64,000 nucleotides of DNA from Callorhinchus milii (Eukaryota), in the NCBI RefSeq assembly GCF_018977255.1, contig NW_024704742.1:137828001-137892000 (forward strand), in the 5' to 3' direction. The first letter of the stretch is position 1; each line of letters opens with the position of its first letter. This document shows, in pieces, positions 1 to 11,734 of this stretch. A model generated the notes under the pieces. It made no database searches, was not told the DNA's origin, and saw nothing but the letters and a program-made list of their open reading frames with translations. Position numbers and translations under genes: made by a program.

Positions 1-1136
1 TAGTACCTCACAGTTTTCTGCATTATTTAGCTGCATCGCTCTGCCCAATCTACTAGTCTGCTATGTCCTTCTGAATTTCCTTACAGTATTCTTCCCTGTT
101 AGCTACACTCCCTGTTATTGTCATCTACAGATTTAGGACTTTGGGCCGTCATTGCAGAATTCAGATAATTTATTTATCAAGTGCAAGGATTATTATTATG
201 TTATATGTTAAAGATCCTACTATTAGAAACTAGAAGGGCGTTTTTCCCGGTGTCCTGACCATCAATCTTAATCGTTCATTTCGCCTCATGGTTGTTGATG
301 TGATAATGCTTTGCACAAAAAAAATGTTTTTACCTACAAAAAACTACTCTTGACAGAAACTCCCCGTGAGGTGTTTTGAGACTGTTTGTCGTAATAAAAT
401 GCTGTGAAAATGTAAGATCTTTCTTCATGTGCTATCCATACATCCACAAAAGTCAATCCACTTTACAGTATATCCTGTGAAGCACTTTGGGACGTCCTCT
501 TGACGTGAAAGGCGCTATACCAAATTTTTTGGGGGTGGCGGGACGGGGAGTTGATCAGCCAGCCCATTCCGACAAATGGGGAAACCCATCACCATGCCTA
601 AGAGTATCCAAACCCAACTGAGAATTCCACGCATCCCACCTACACATGGAAATCCCAGAGATAGATTGTTGGAATGGAATGTGCACTCACCCTGGAGGGA
701 AGCATCCTGCTTACCTAATTCCAGAGTATTAGGCGCAGGTTGGCAAGAGCCATGGTTTGGGGACCCCGAGTGTGCGTTGGGGTATGACTGGAATCTAACC
801 AGCTAAAACCACATAACTTGCCATTGATATCACTTGCCATCATTTTCCCACTGCTTGTCCAGCTCGGACCACCCTACCTGTTAGGGCTTTGGCTTTCAGG
901 GTTAACAGCTGCTGAGTGGGAGGATTCCCTGCCCCTAGTGAGTGGTCTGGCTTCCTAGGTCCTGCCAATAAGCCAGGCTGCATTGCCCTGGAATACTGTG
1001 GACTCGCCTGGCTCAGAAACTGAACTAGAGACCACCACAGCTACAAGGAAACCCTGCTTAATCCTACATAACAAATACTCTAGAATTCAGATATTAGACC
1101 TATTCTTGATGCTGTTTTATTTGTGTTTTGTTCCAG

Positions 1137-1188
1137 GTTATATATATGGGCGTGGTGCTGTATACTCCTGCTTTGGCACTGAACGCAG
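1137..1188 (+). CDS. SLC5A6: SLC5A6 (Na+-dependent multivitamin transporter SMVT) internal exon, VIYMGVVLYTPALALNA
   Basis: ttccag|GTT...GCAG|gtac; 52 nt; matches human SMVT VIYMGVVLYAPSLALNAV. Upstream exons lie outside the window. Confidence 0.95.
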
Positions 1189-1944
1189 GTACTGTGAGAC
1201 AGATGCATTTGAAACATATTTATACACAGCCGGTGAGAGCGAGAGAGAGAGAGAGAGAGCTAGGCATGCAGACATCTAGATATCTGAAGCTGAGGATGTG
1301 AATGCTTACTCGAGTATCTAGTGTCAGTGGTTTTGCCCTTTGCATAACCCCTCACCAGTTGCTGACAACAACAACAACAAGATTCCATTTATAGAGCGCC
1401 TTTCACGTCGGGAGGACGTCCCGACGTGAAAGGCTAAGCGAGTTCAACAAATGGCAACTGGGTTGATCCATCCCTGGTTAACACTATAGAGCAGGGTGAT
1501 CAACCGGCAGCCCGTGGGCCGAATTCATACAGCCTGTCCCACACCCCACACTCTAATTCATCTGCCCCCCCACCCACCCTCCAGAATCCATAGATGTTAT
1601 GTTTACAAAAATAGTTATGTTTCTCAAATAGAACATCCAGCCCTCAGCAGTCAAGAGGTTGGCCCACCTGCATAGTGTAATGACTGTCTTTGCATTTGAT
1701 TCACGAGCTTTAACATCAAAATGTCTCTTGAGTGCTTCACAGGGAACTGCTGTCAAGGGTAGGGTCTGTTGGTAGGCAGAGGTGACAGCTTTGGGTATTA
1801 GCAATGGGCGTAGTGCAAACACTACAGCTGAGTACATTGTGATCTGTCAGCACAAAGGCAAGGCTTTCTGAGTCGCACAATTATGAGACAGCAATTGTCT
1901 TTCTCCATTGTTGGCCAATCATACAAATCATACAATCATACAGT

Positions 1945-2510
1945 CCGACTCTGCCACTACCTCACCGCTCAGGCCACTGAAACACTTGTTCATACCTTCA
2001 TCACCTTCAGGCTCGACTATGCAAACCCCCTGCTTGTCGGCCTTCCCAACTCCTCCCCCCATAGATAATCCAGCACTCTGCAGCCAATGTCCACACCAAA
2101 CTCTGTGACCCCATCTCCCCCATTCTCGCCTGACTCCATTGGCTCCCTATCCTTCAGAGGATCCAGTTCAAAATCTTGGTCCTCACCTACAAAGCCCTCA
2201 ATGGTCTCGCCCCACCCTGTGACCTCCTAACCCCTTACCAACCCGCATGCTCCCTCCGCTCAGCTGGCTATGGCCTGTTCCACGTCCCCCGATCCACCCG
2301 CCCCAATCACTCCGCCTCGCCCCCTCCTTAGCCTCCTTCAAATCCCGCCTCAAAACCCTCCTCTTCGACTATGCCATTGGTCACCCCCTTCCCCTCCCTT
2401 CTCTCCCCTGACCCCAGCTCAGGTCTGAATTGCTGTACACTGTCCAGCGCCTTGGAACAGCCTCCCGACGTGAAAGACACTATACAAATGTAATCTTGTT
2501 CTTGTTGTTT
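1945..2510 (+). mobile_element. L2 LINE 3' fragment
   Basis: LCHYLT..ETLVHTFITFRLDYAN; L2 tail. Confidence 0.88.
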
Positions 2511-2994
2511 ATCATATCTGAACATCTGAGGACTGAAATTCCTATTCAGTCTAGCGCTGCAAGCCCATCTGGCCCATTCATAGACTCATAGAATTATACA
2601 GCACAGAAGGAGGCCATTCAGCCCATCGTGTCTGTGACGGCTCTTTTAAAAGAGCTACCAAATCAATCCCACTCCCCCGCTCTCTCCCCATAGCCCCTGC
2701 AAACTTGTCCTCCCCAAATAATTATCTGCTTCTCTCTTAAAAGTTGTTATCAAATCGGCTTCCCCCAGCCTTTCAGGCAATGGATTCCAGGTCCGAAAAA
2801 CTCGCTGTGTGAAAAAATTTCTCCTCACCTCCCCTCTGTTTCTTTTAACAACTATTTTAGATCAGTCTCCTCGGGTTACCGACCCACCCGCCAGTGGGAA
2901 TAGTTTCTCTTTGTTCTACCCCATTTTCTCCTTTGTCTTCCTTGCCTTGGCTATCCCCTCTCTGATAGTCCTTAAAAACCTCTCCCTCCCAACA

Positions 2995-3135
2995 TGCCCC
3001 AGTTCTGACAAAGGGTCGTGGACCCAAAACGTTGACTCACTTTCCTTTCTCCATAGATGCTGCCTGACCTGCTGAGTGATCCCAATGACTTCTGTTTTTG
3101 TTTTAGATTTCCAGTGTCTGCAGTATTTTTCATTT
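2995..3135 (+). mobile_element. Penelope-like element remnant with decayed hammerhead motif
   Basis: ctgacaaagggtcgtggacccaaaacgttgactc...gatgctgcctgacctgctgag...gatttccagtgtctgcagta resembles (from memory) a widespread shark Penelope-like repeat end. Confidence 0.6.
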
Positions 3136-3657
3136 TGTTATATTAATCCCCAACACCTAGCCTATGATTAACTGCTAACTGACTTCTTTGCCTGCTTACA
3201 TATAAGGTTGACACTACCTCAAAGATTTGCCACTCATCTGCTGAATGAAAGAATTCTCTCTTGCTCTCTTGCCATCTCTCTTTCTGAAGAATTCTCATTC
3301 TTACCAAGTTCCTTAGCAGAATTCTCACTCTGTTCCACCTCACTCAGTTCCCTCCTCACGCTGCTGGGCTCTCTGCTCAAATCACAGATTGGAGTCCTGT
3401 AGTGTATTGGTTAGAGCACTCGCTTCGCAAGTGAGAGGACCTGGGTTCGATTCCCAGCCAGGGCAAAAAATTAGGCAAGTTTCCTTACTCCACACGCCTC
3501 TATTTATCTCGCAGAAAGTAGGAACTAAAATAGTTAGTTGATTGGCAAATCGCTTTCCAAGAATAATAATCCCTCTACACAAAATGTCACCCAGAATTCC
3601 AGCCTTGGTTGTTACCATGTGACCGTTTTTCAACTTGACTTCCTTGGTTTCTTGCAG

Positions 3658-3725
3658 TAACCGGTTTTGACTTGTGGGGTTCAGTTCTAGCGGTGGGACT
3701 CGTGTGTACAGTCTACACGGCATTG
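3658..3725 (+). CDS. SLC5A6: SLC5A6 exon, (V)[22 protein letters not shown]
   Basis: ttgcag|TAACC...TTG|gtaag; phase fits previous exon; human [22 protein letters not shown]. Confidence 0.95.
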
Positions 3726-4344
3726 GTAAGTATCGAACGAACCAGATCGTGATTTGGATCTGGGGGCGGGAAGCTCAGTGATGAGACAAGAAATCTGTGT
3801 AATTCACATTGGTTGAGATCCGAGCCCATGTAACTCGTATGTTGACGAAATGTTACAACACAGAAATGGGCCATTTGGTATACCACATCTGTGCTTGTGT
3901 GTGTGCGCTTAATATTGTGTGTATGTGTTCCAGGACGCTACCTCGCGCGAAGGACGCTATATAAATGCAAGTTGTTGATGATGTTCTGTGTGCGTGTGGC
4001 ATGTCTGTACGTGAGCTGTGCTGTTGATGTGTGGTATGCATTTTCTTTCAACCACTCCCTGTTTTTCTGATTGGCTTTGTGATGACTATATTTATCTACT
4101 CAAATAAAGGGAGTTAATAGTGGAAAATAGGACTGAATGTTGATTCTCTGCTTTCTGCCTTAGGGTTTGAGGGTTTAACCAACTGTCTCTTCATGACAAT
4201 TCTGTTCGGAAGATTTACCCTCACATTGACTATGGCAATATCTGAGTCTCGCACACTTGCACAAATTAAATTTGGTCACTCAAATTTGTGGGACACTGCT
4301 GTGCGCAATTGGCTGCTGCGTTTTACCCACAAAATACAGTCAAT

Positions 4345-5982
4345 CCTCTCCTCCACACTCGACACTCTTGCCCCCATCACCTTCCGTACTGTCTCTTACT
4401 CTCGCTCCTCCCCCTGGTCACCACGCACCTCCGCTCACTGAAGAGTCAGGTGCGGGCCGCTGAACGCACCTGGCTCAAATCTGGCCTAACGGTCCACCGG
4501 CAAATCTGGCTGGACCTCCTCAAAACCTACCGCTCCACTCTAGCCTCGGCCAAGTCGTCCTTCTACTCCAGGATAATCGTGGAGGCGAAGAACAACCCCA
4601 GGCCTCTGTTCTCCACCGCATCCCGACTCCTCCGTCCCCCCCGCCACCTGTCCCTCTGGCTTTGTTCGCATTCCTCTCAAAACTGCCACCATTACTCCCA
4701 CACTGAAAAAACCCTCCCTTGATGCGTCGCAGCTATCAAGCTACCGGCCCATCTCCAACCTCCCCTTCCTGTCGAAGGTTCTCGAAAGAGTCGTGGCCTC
4801 CCAGCTGCGCTTTTTCCTCTCCACCCATTCACTTTTTGAACCCCTCCAGTCGGGTTTCCGTGCTGCCCATAGCACAGAAACCACCCTGGTCAAGGTCACT
4901 AATGACATCTTGACCATCTGCGACCAGGGCTCCCTCTGCCTCCTCGACCTATCGGCAGCATTCGATACGGTCGACCACGCTATCCTCCTCCACCGCTTGT
5001 CCTCCCACCTCAATCTTCAAGACCCTGTCCTTGAGTGATTTAGGTCGTACCTCTCCCACCGTCTTCACTTTGTTTCCACAAACGGCTTTTCCTCCAGCCC
5101 CCGCACTGTCTCGTGCGGTATCCCTCAGGACTCTGTCCTCGGTCCCCTCCCCTTCACCCTCTATATGCATCCAAGGCCGCACTCTCCACCTCTCAAAGCC
5201 GTCAGGAACCTCGGCGTTTTGTTCGACCCTGAGCTGTCCTTTCTCCCTCACATCCGCACCACAACTGGCACCGCCTTCCACCTCCGGAACATCGCCAGAC
5301 TACGGCACTACCTCACCCCTCACGCGGCTGAAACTCTGGTCCACACCTTTATCAGCTCAAGGCTGGACTATGGGAACTCTCTCCTCGCCGGCCTTCCCGC
5401 CAACTCCCTCCACACTGCAGGTCATTCAGAACTCTGCAGCTCGTGTACTGTCCCGCACCAGGATTCGCGCCCACATCACTCCCACCCTCGCCCTCACTCC
5501 CACCCTCACCCTCGCCCTCGCTCGCCTCCACTGGCTCCCCATCCCCCAGAGGATAGAATTCAAGATCCTCATCCTCACCTACATTCACGGCCTCGCTCCC
5601 TCCTACCTCTCCGACCTACTATCCCCCTACTTACCTGCCCGTCCGTTCCTCTGGCTCCGGTCTGCTCCACATCCCCCGCCCCAACCCCCCTACCATCGGT
5701 GGACGGGCTTTCAGCCTCTCAGCCCCGAGGCTCTGGAACTCCATCCCCCAGTGCCTTCGCCGCTTCCTCCCTTTCCTCCTTCAAGGCCGGTCTCAAGACC
5801 TTTCTCTTTGACCGTGCCTTCAGCTCCCCTCTTGACTCTCTACCCCCTCCTCGCTCCCTCCCTTCCCTCCCCTCACTCTGACCATTTCCCCCCTGCTCGG
5901 GTCCCGACCCAACTGTCCAGCGCCTTGGGACGTCCTCCCGACGTGAAAGGCGCTCTATAAATGCAATCTTGTTGTTGTTGTT
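4345..5982 (+). mobile_element. L2-clade LINE, 5'-truncated with internal deletions, inserted into a SINE
   Basis: RT motifs YRPISNLPFLSKVLE, QSGFRAAHSTET, LLDLSAAFDTVDH, LHWLPI; tail gacgtcctcccgacgtgaaaggcgct..(ttg)n; host SINE resumes after 5982. Confidence 0.93.
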
Positions 5983-6068
5983 TACAGTGTACTCGGTGAA
6001 GCGCTTTGAAATGTCTCAATGATGTGATAAAGCACTATATCGAAGACAAGGATTATTATTATTGAATA

Positions 6069-6577
6069 ATGAAAGGGGTTAGACAGGGAAAGATTGTTCC
6101 CTCTCGCACAGCGGGAAATAGTCTAATAGTCAGAGCTACAAGTGAGATCAGGAACATTTCTTCACCCAGAGGATTGACTCAGAAATCAGATTGCCCCACA
6201 AAAATAATCAAAGAAAAATTTGGGAATTTTTTCACCCAGTGGGTGGTTGGGATATGGAACACTCTGCTGAGAAGGGTGGTGGAAGCAGAATCCATTGCAG
6301 TTTTCAAGAGGGAAGTAGACAGGCATATGAAAGAGAGAGGCTTGAAACAGGTATGCGGTAACAACAACTTGCATTTATATAGCGCCCTTCATGCCGGGTA
6401 GCATCTTGGCGCGCTTAACAGCGGCAGAGCCTAACACCAGGAGTGGGAAGGTGACCTTAGGCACGATCGAAGAGGAAGATCTTAAGGGGATAAGATAGGC
6501 GGTGGATTTGCTCTGTGAGCTGGTGCAGACTCAATGGGCCGAATGGCCTCCTTCTGTGCTATAGATTTCCATGTTTC
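6069..6577 (+). mobile_element. CR1 LINE 3' fragment (other CR1 pieces at 2580-2920 -, 17760-18180 -, 49020-49240 +)
   Basis: NFFTQWVVGIWNTL..VEAESIAVFKREVD; gggccgaatggcctccttctgtgct tail. Confidence 0.82.
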
Positions 6578-7130
6578 TAAGTGAGGATTGATTTGGAATG
6601 TTTAAAAGGCGAGATGGGCAGATACTCGAGGAAAAAGGGGGAAAAGACTGGGAAATGAGATTGAAAGATCTGACCTAATAAAATGGCAGATGAACCGAAC
6701 ATCCCCCTTCTTGTCTGTGTTCCTGGCCTGAGCGCAATGGGATGGCTTCTGAGGAAAGAGAGGCCATTCTCTGAGTGGGTGTGTCTGTGGCTCTTCGTCA
6801 CTGCTGAAGGCTATTTTCAGGCGGGGCCCTGCGGTGCTTCACTGTGCCTTGCGGTTTCCCTGCACGGAGTTGCTACATGTTTGCTGGTTATGCTGTTAGC
6901 ACCGACCTTTTAATTCCTTTTATGTTCTTCCCCTCTTCCTTTCCCCTGTCTCCATCTGTCTTATCCCATTGCTTTCTCTTTCTCTTCTCACCCTCAATTT
7001 CCCTCTCGCTCTTTACCGCCATTCTTCTCCCTCCTCCTCTCTCTCTTTCACTCCACCCCCCCCCTTCCCCCCTTACTTCCACTCTACCTTATTCTCTTCC
7101 CCCTCTCTATCCCTCTCTCCCCTCTCTCAG

Positions 7131-7285
7131 GGTGGGCTGAAGGCTGTTATCTGGACTGACGTCTTTCAGACCCTGGTGATGTTCTCGGGACAGCTGGCTG
7201 TCATCATCATTGGAGCCAAACAGGCGGGCGGGATGGGGAAGGTCTGGCAGATCGCCATGAAGGACGGCAAGATCTCTGGGATCGA
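7131..7285 (+). CDS. SLC5A6: SLC5A6 exon, [51 protein letters not shown]
   Basis: Sodium:solute symporter motif [10 protein letters not shown]; ~200-nt pyrimidine tract then cag|; donor GA|gtaag. Confidence 0.97.
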
Positions 7286-7846
7286 GTAAGCGATACAGAT
7301 ATAGAGTTTGGTTTGCAGACTCTTAAGCACAGTGATGGGTTTCCATTTATGTCAGAAACCTAGCTAACCAAAAACCAATTGTTTGTGGTCCGAGGCAGCA
7401 GGAGAAACTCGTCTCTCTTTTTTTAATTGTGGGTCAGGATCGGAGCAGTGTGTCTGAAGGCACGGTCAAAGAGGAAGGGCTTGAGACAGGCCTTGATGGA
7501 AGCAAGGGAGTGGGTGAGACGAAGGGATTCAGGCATGGAGTTCCAGAGGGTAGGGGCAGAAAAGGTGAAAGTCATTCTGCCAACGGTAGAGTGCGCAGGG
7601 CGGGAGATATGGCCCACCAAACAGGCAGCTGACAGGTGTTAAGGGGTGGCAGAGGTAGGGAGGAGCTCCACCATGCAGGGGTTTCAAAGTGGTGACAAAG
7701 ATGTGCAAATCGGCTGCGTTCACCTGCAAAATACATCGTGTTAAATCCTGTGAAACTTTGAGATGTTTTGATGACATGTTAAATTGTTAAATTATATCAA
7801 ATGCAAAGTATTATTGTTATTATTTATGTTTGTTTTTCCTCCACAG

Positions 7847-7987
7847 CCTGAATCCCGACCCCTTCGAGCGCCACACATTCTGGACGCTGTCCATCGGCGG
7901 AGTCTTTTTGATGCTGTCTCTGTATGGTGTGAACCAGGCCCAGGTCCAACGCTATCTCAGCTCCCGGTCTGAGCGGGAGGCTATACT
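7847..7987 (+). CDS. SLC5A6: SLC5A6 exon, [47 protein letters not shown]
   Basis: ccacag| ... CT|gtgag; [12 protein letters not shown] identical to human SMVT. Confidence 0.97.
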
Positions 7988-8231
7988 GTGAGTCCTGAAC
8001 GGCCACAGCACATGGTACTCTGAGCTTGATGTCTGTACCGTACTTACTCAATCAGTAACAGAAACATGGGGACATGGGAAGATAGTAACACAGGCACATT
8101 GTATCTATCGACTCACCTACAAAAGATATAGTCAATTCACTTTACAATGTATTCTGTGGAGCGCTTTGAGATGCCTTGAAGACGTGATAAGGCACTGCAT
8201 CAAATGCAAGTATTATTAGTATTATTTACGT

Positions 8232-8711
8232 GTCAGCCTGGCTCAGTTGGTAGCGCCTCTCCTCTGAGTCAGAAGGTTGTGGGTTCAAGTCCCATATTGG
8301 GATTTGGAATCACACAGTCTGAGCTGAAAGGCGCTCTATAAATGTAATTTTGTTGTTGAAGCTCCAGTGCAGCGCTGGAATGTTGTTGCATTGTTGGAGA
8401 TGCCGTCCTTCGGATGAGATATTAAACTGAGGCCCCATCTGCCTGTTCAGGCGGCTGTTAAAAGATCCCATGGTATAATTCAAAAAGAGAAGGGAGATTC
8501 TCCCGTTGTCCTGGCCAACAATCCCCCAAATAAAATTGGTGACTCGCTCAATGGCTGTTTGTGGGACACTGCTGTGTGTGACTGGCTGCCAAGTTTTGCC
8601 CACAAAATACACAGTCAATCCACGTTACAATATATCCTGTGAAGCTCTTTGAGACGTCTTGAAGATGTAATGAGGCACTATATCAAAATTCAAGGATTAT
8701 TATTATTATTA
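8232..8711 (+). mobile_element. tRNA-Deu-L2 SINE (SacSINE1/AmnSINE1-like); similar copies at 24750-25088, 26860-27120, 51880-52210, 58060-58310 (+) and 37330-37620, 40640-41050, 50200-50500, 59230-59550 (-)
   Basis: Pol III A/B boxes (tggctcagttgg; gggttcaagtccc); Deu-like core gccgtccttcggatgagatattaaac..aaagatcccatgg..tgtcctggccaa; L2-like tail with (tta)n. Confidence 0.85.
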
Positions 8712-9123
8712 CAACATTCCCAATACAGTGCTGGGGGGGCGCCATTCAGCTGAGAATCTTCTAATAGTTTATTAGAACATGGCACATTTTAATCTAATTT
8801 CCTTCTTTAATGTCGAGAATGTATGTGATCTTTGCGTGCTTGTTCTTTAACTTGAGAGCTCTGAGAAGCCATCCGCCGTGGAGGGCGCTATATAAAGGTT
8901 GTTGTTGAGAGGAATTTCGAGAGCCTTGAGGGGAACTTCAATCTCCCAAGACATGTGTCAGCATATTCCAATTGGATAAGTATTTGGCCAGGAGTTGGAA
9001 TGATGGGTGTAAGAGATGGCATGAGATTGTTTTGACTTTGGGAGACGCTGATCTGTTCCTGTCTTTGATGTGGTGTTGACTTGCGATTTGACATTTCTCC
9101 ATTCTCGTGCTGTTTGCTCCCAG

Positions 9124-9253
9124 GTCCTGCTATGTGGTGTTCCCGTGCCAGCAGATTGTGCTGACCCTCGGGTGCCTGATGGGCCTGGTCATGTACGCTC
9201 GCTACGGGGACAAAGACCCGCTCCAGAAAGGTTACGTCAAAACACATGATCAG
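9124..9253 (+). CDS. SLC5A6: SLC5A6 exon, SCYVVFPCQQIVLTLGCLMGLVMYARYGDKDPLQKGYVKTHDQ
   Basis: cccag| ... CAG|gtac; in phase; human [27 protein letters not shown]. Confidence 0.95.
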
Positions 9254-9540
9254 GTACACGGTCCTTTTATTGTGGAGTCCTGTAGCTTAGTGGGTAGTGC
9301 GCTCTCCCCGCAATCGAGAGGACCTAGGTTTGATTCCCGGCGGGGAAAAACCTAAGGCAAATTTCCTTACTCCACACGCCTGTTTACCTAACAGTAAGTA
9401 GGAACTCGGGTTGTTAATCGACTGGTGAATCACTTACCGGGGATAATAATCCCTCCCAGGGACAAGAGCACGAGCAGCTGAGCCGGTTTAGTGCTGTAGC
9501 CTGTTGTTGCACCCGGTGCTGAATCTTGTTTGAATTGCAG

Positions 9541-9629
9541 ATGGTGCTGTATTTTGTCATGGACGTTCTCCAGGACTTCCCCGGGTTACCCGGTCTCTTC
9601 GTCGCCTGTCTATTCAGTGGAGCGCTCAG
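9541..9629 (+). CDS. SLC5A6: SLC5A6 exon, [29 protein letters not shown]
   Basis: ttgcag| ... AG|gtaat; PGLPGLFxACLFSG motif. Confidence 0.96.
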
Positions 9630-10033
9630 GTAATTTCATCCCTTGTGTGAGTTAATGACTTTCAGGGAATTGAAGCTCACACCATTGGCCCAGGGGCAAA
9701 TGGCCTTCGAAGCTTGCATTTGGGCCTTGAGCCCCCAAACCTTCAGACAAGCAAGTGCTCGTACAATGGTTAGTGTCAAACGACAGGGTGACGTGTAACG
9801 GGAGCAGAGGAGAGTTTGCCTTGTGCCCAATACAGCTTCGTCTTTGTGTTCCATTGAGATTCACTAAATGCTAAAACACTTGTTGTTAGCTGGTTTTGGT
9901 GTCTCTGAAATCTGTGTCTAAATACAAAATTGCCCTAACCTCTCCCATTGTTTCTTTGATGATGATCTTACGCCCTTTAGTTAGCCCTCACCAAGCATTG
10001 GAGATAGTGTCCCCCATTTTCCTTCTCATAATA

Positions 10034-10373
10034 GGAGTGCTGTAGTGTAATGGTTGGCACGCTCCCTTCACAAGCGAGAGGATCTGGGTTTGACTCTCAG
10101 GGAGGTGAAACCTTAGGCAAGTCTCCTTACTCCACATGCCTCTGTTTACCTAGTAGTAATTAGGAACCTGGCTGTTGGTCAATTGGTGGATCACTTTCCT
10201 TGGATAATAATGCCTCAAAAAAATGTGGTCACTCAATCCACTGTTTGTGCTGTGCGCAATTGACTGCCATGCTTCACCCCCAAAGTATACAGTCAATTCA
10301 TTTTACAGTATATTCTGTGGAGCACTTTGAGACATCTCAGCGACGTGATAATGCAAGGATTAATTATTATTAT
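10034..10373 (+). mobile_element. Older, longer SINE subfamily; other copies at 3391, 9273, 12380, 13420, 45941, 63727 (+) and 50955-51305, 53100-53617, 60020-60160 (-)
   Basis: Same head and ggcaagtttccttactccacac linker, plus an extra ~55-nt segment and a gagacatctc..gtgataa tail variant. Confidence 0.85.
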
Positions 10374-10581
10374 AGTTTCTTGTCATTATGAAGCCTTGCA
10401 GCCAGGTGGCTTGTGCGTACCCCAGTTATTCTCGGGAGCTTTGCGGACTATCCTGATTTTACGATGTGAGAATCAGGGTTAAGCGCTCTGTGAAGGGCGC
10501 CACATAAACGCAAGTTGTTGAGAAGTTCAGTCTGAATTGATGTGCGGCTGATTGTAGTTTAATTTTTCTTTATCTTTTCAG

Positions 10582-10694
10582 CACAATTTCGTCTGCATTC
10601 AATTCCCTGGCCACGGTCACCATGGCTGATATTATTAGACCTCAATTTCCAGACATGACTGAATCTCAAGCCACATTGGTGTCCAAGAGCCTTG
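10582..10694 (+). CDS. SLC5A6: SLC5A6 exon, (S)[37 protein letters not shown]
   Basis: tttcag| ... G|gtaag; [15 protein letters not shown] identical to human. Confidence 0.96.
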
Positions 10695-11485
10695 GTAAGT
10701 AAGCCCCTAGCGAGGGCAGGACCCCTGGGACCCACCTAGTTTTCAAACCAAACTATTATATCCTTCATAGAACCCTAGAAGGTTTACAGCACATCGCGAT
10801 GCCATTTGGTACACTGTCTTTGCTGGTGCTCACCCACAAAGATACTAGGATAAACTGGGAGCTGGGGTCTGCCACCAGTGACCGTGCAGAAGTAGGAGGA
10901 GAAACTGATTGCAGAGGTGAAGTGATGATGGTGGGTCAAGTAGGACTCAAGCCATGAGAGGATGGTCCCCGAGAGTTTAGTCTTATCAACTTGTGTGTGA
11001 GCTCTGGGATTTGGTGAGCAGCGTTCTTCACTCGGATGGTTTGGAAGGAGGGAGAGAGGAAAAGAGTGCAAAGTCTATTTCAGACAAACTAAAGACTTAC
11101 ACACATGGAATCAATAGTTGATTTGAAGATTCTTAAACACGATGGAACAAATCCTTTTCATGCTTTATTGAACTGTGTTCACTGTTATGCAGTGGTTGGC
11201 TGGGTCCTTCTCTTTTAGATCATGACTAAAGACCTTTCTCTTTGACCGTGCTTACGGTTACCTCCTCTCCTCCCCCTCCCCCCACCACTGGTTCGATGTC
11301 GGGGTCCGCTACTGCTCAGTGCTCCGAGTCGCTACATCACGTGAGAGGCGCTCTATGAATGCAAGTTTCTGTGAAGAGCTTTGAGATGTCTCAACAAAGT
11401 GATAAAGCACTGTATCAAACGCAAGGATTATATTATTGTTGCTGTCTGTGTACAGGATGTAATTGAGTGTATTTGTGTGTTGCAG

Positions 11486-11553
11486 CTCTAGGTTATGGGC
11501 TGCTGTGCATCGGAATGGCTTACATCGCATCGTTGATGGGCTCAGTGCTGCAG
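11486..11553 (+). CDS. SLC5A6: SLC5A6 exon, (A)LGYGLLCIGMAYIASLMGSVLQ
   Basis: ttgcag| ... CAG|gtgtg; human [23 protein letters not shown]. Confidence 0.95.
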
Positions 11554-11647
11554 GTGTGACATGCCGTGGATTCCGCCTGTTATTCTGTGATGTTACAGCA
11601 CGTAACCCTTCGCAGCTTTGACGCCTCTTTGTCTGCTTCCCATCCAG

Positions 11648-11734
11648 GCAGCGCTCAGCATATTCGGGATAGTTGGAGGACCTCTGCTCGGGATCTTCTG
11701 TCTTGGAATGTTTTTCCCGTGGCCCAATCCCACC
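11648..11734 (+). CDS. SLC5A6: SLC5A6 exon, [29 protein letters not shown]
   Basis: Follows a 94-nt intron; atccag| ... ACC|gtgag; [15 protein letters not shown]. Confidence 0.96.

Noticed and set aside
5031..5960. 309-aa and 238-aa Pro-rich ORFs (also 16103-16918, 47431-48006)
   Set aside because: Shifted frames of degenerate L2 ORF2.
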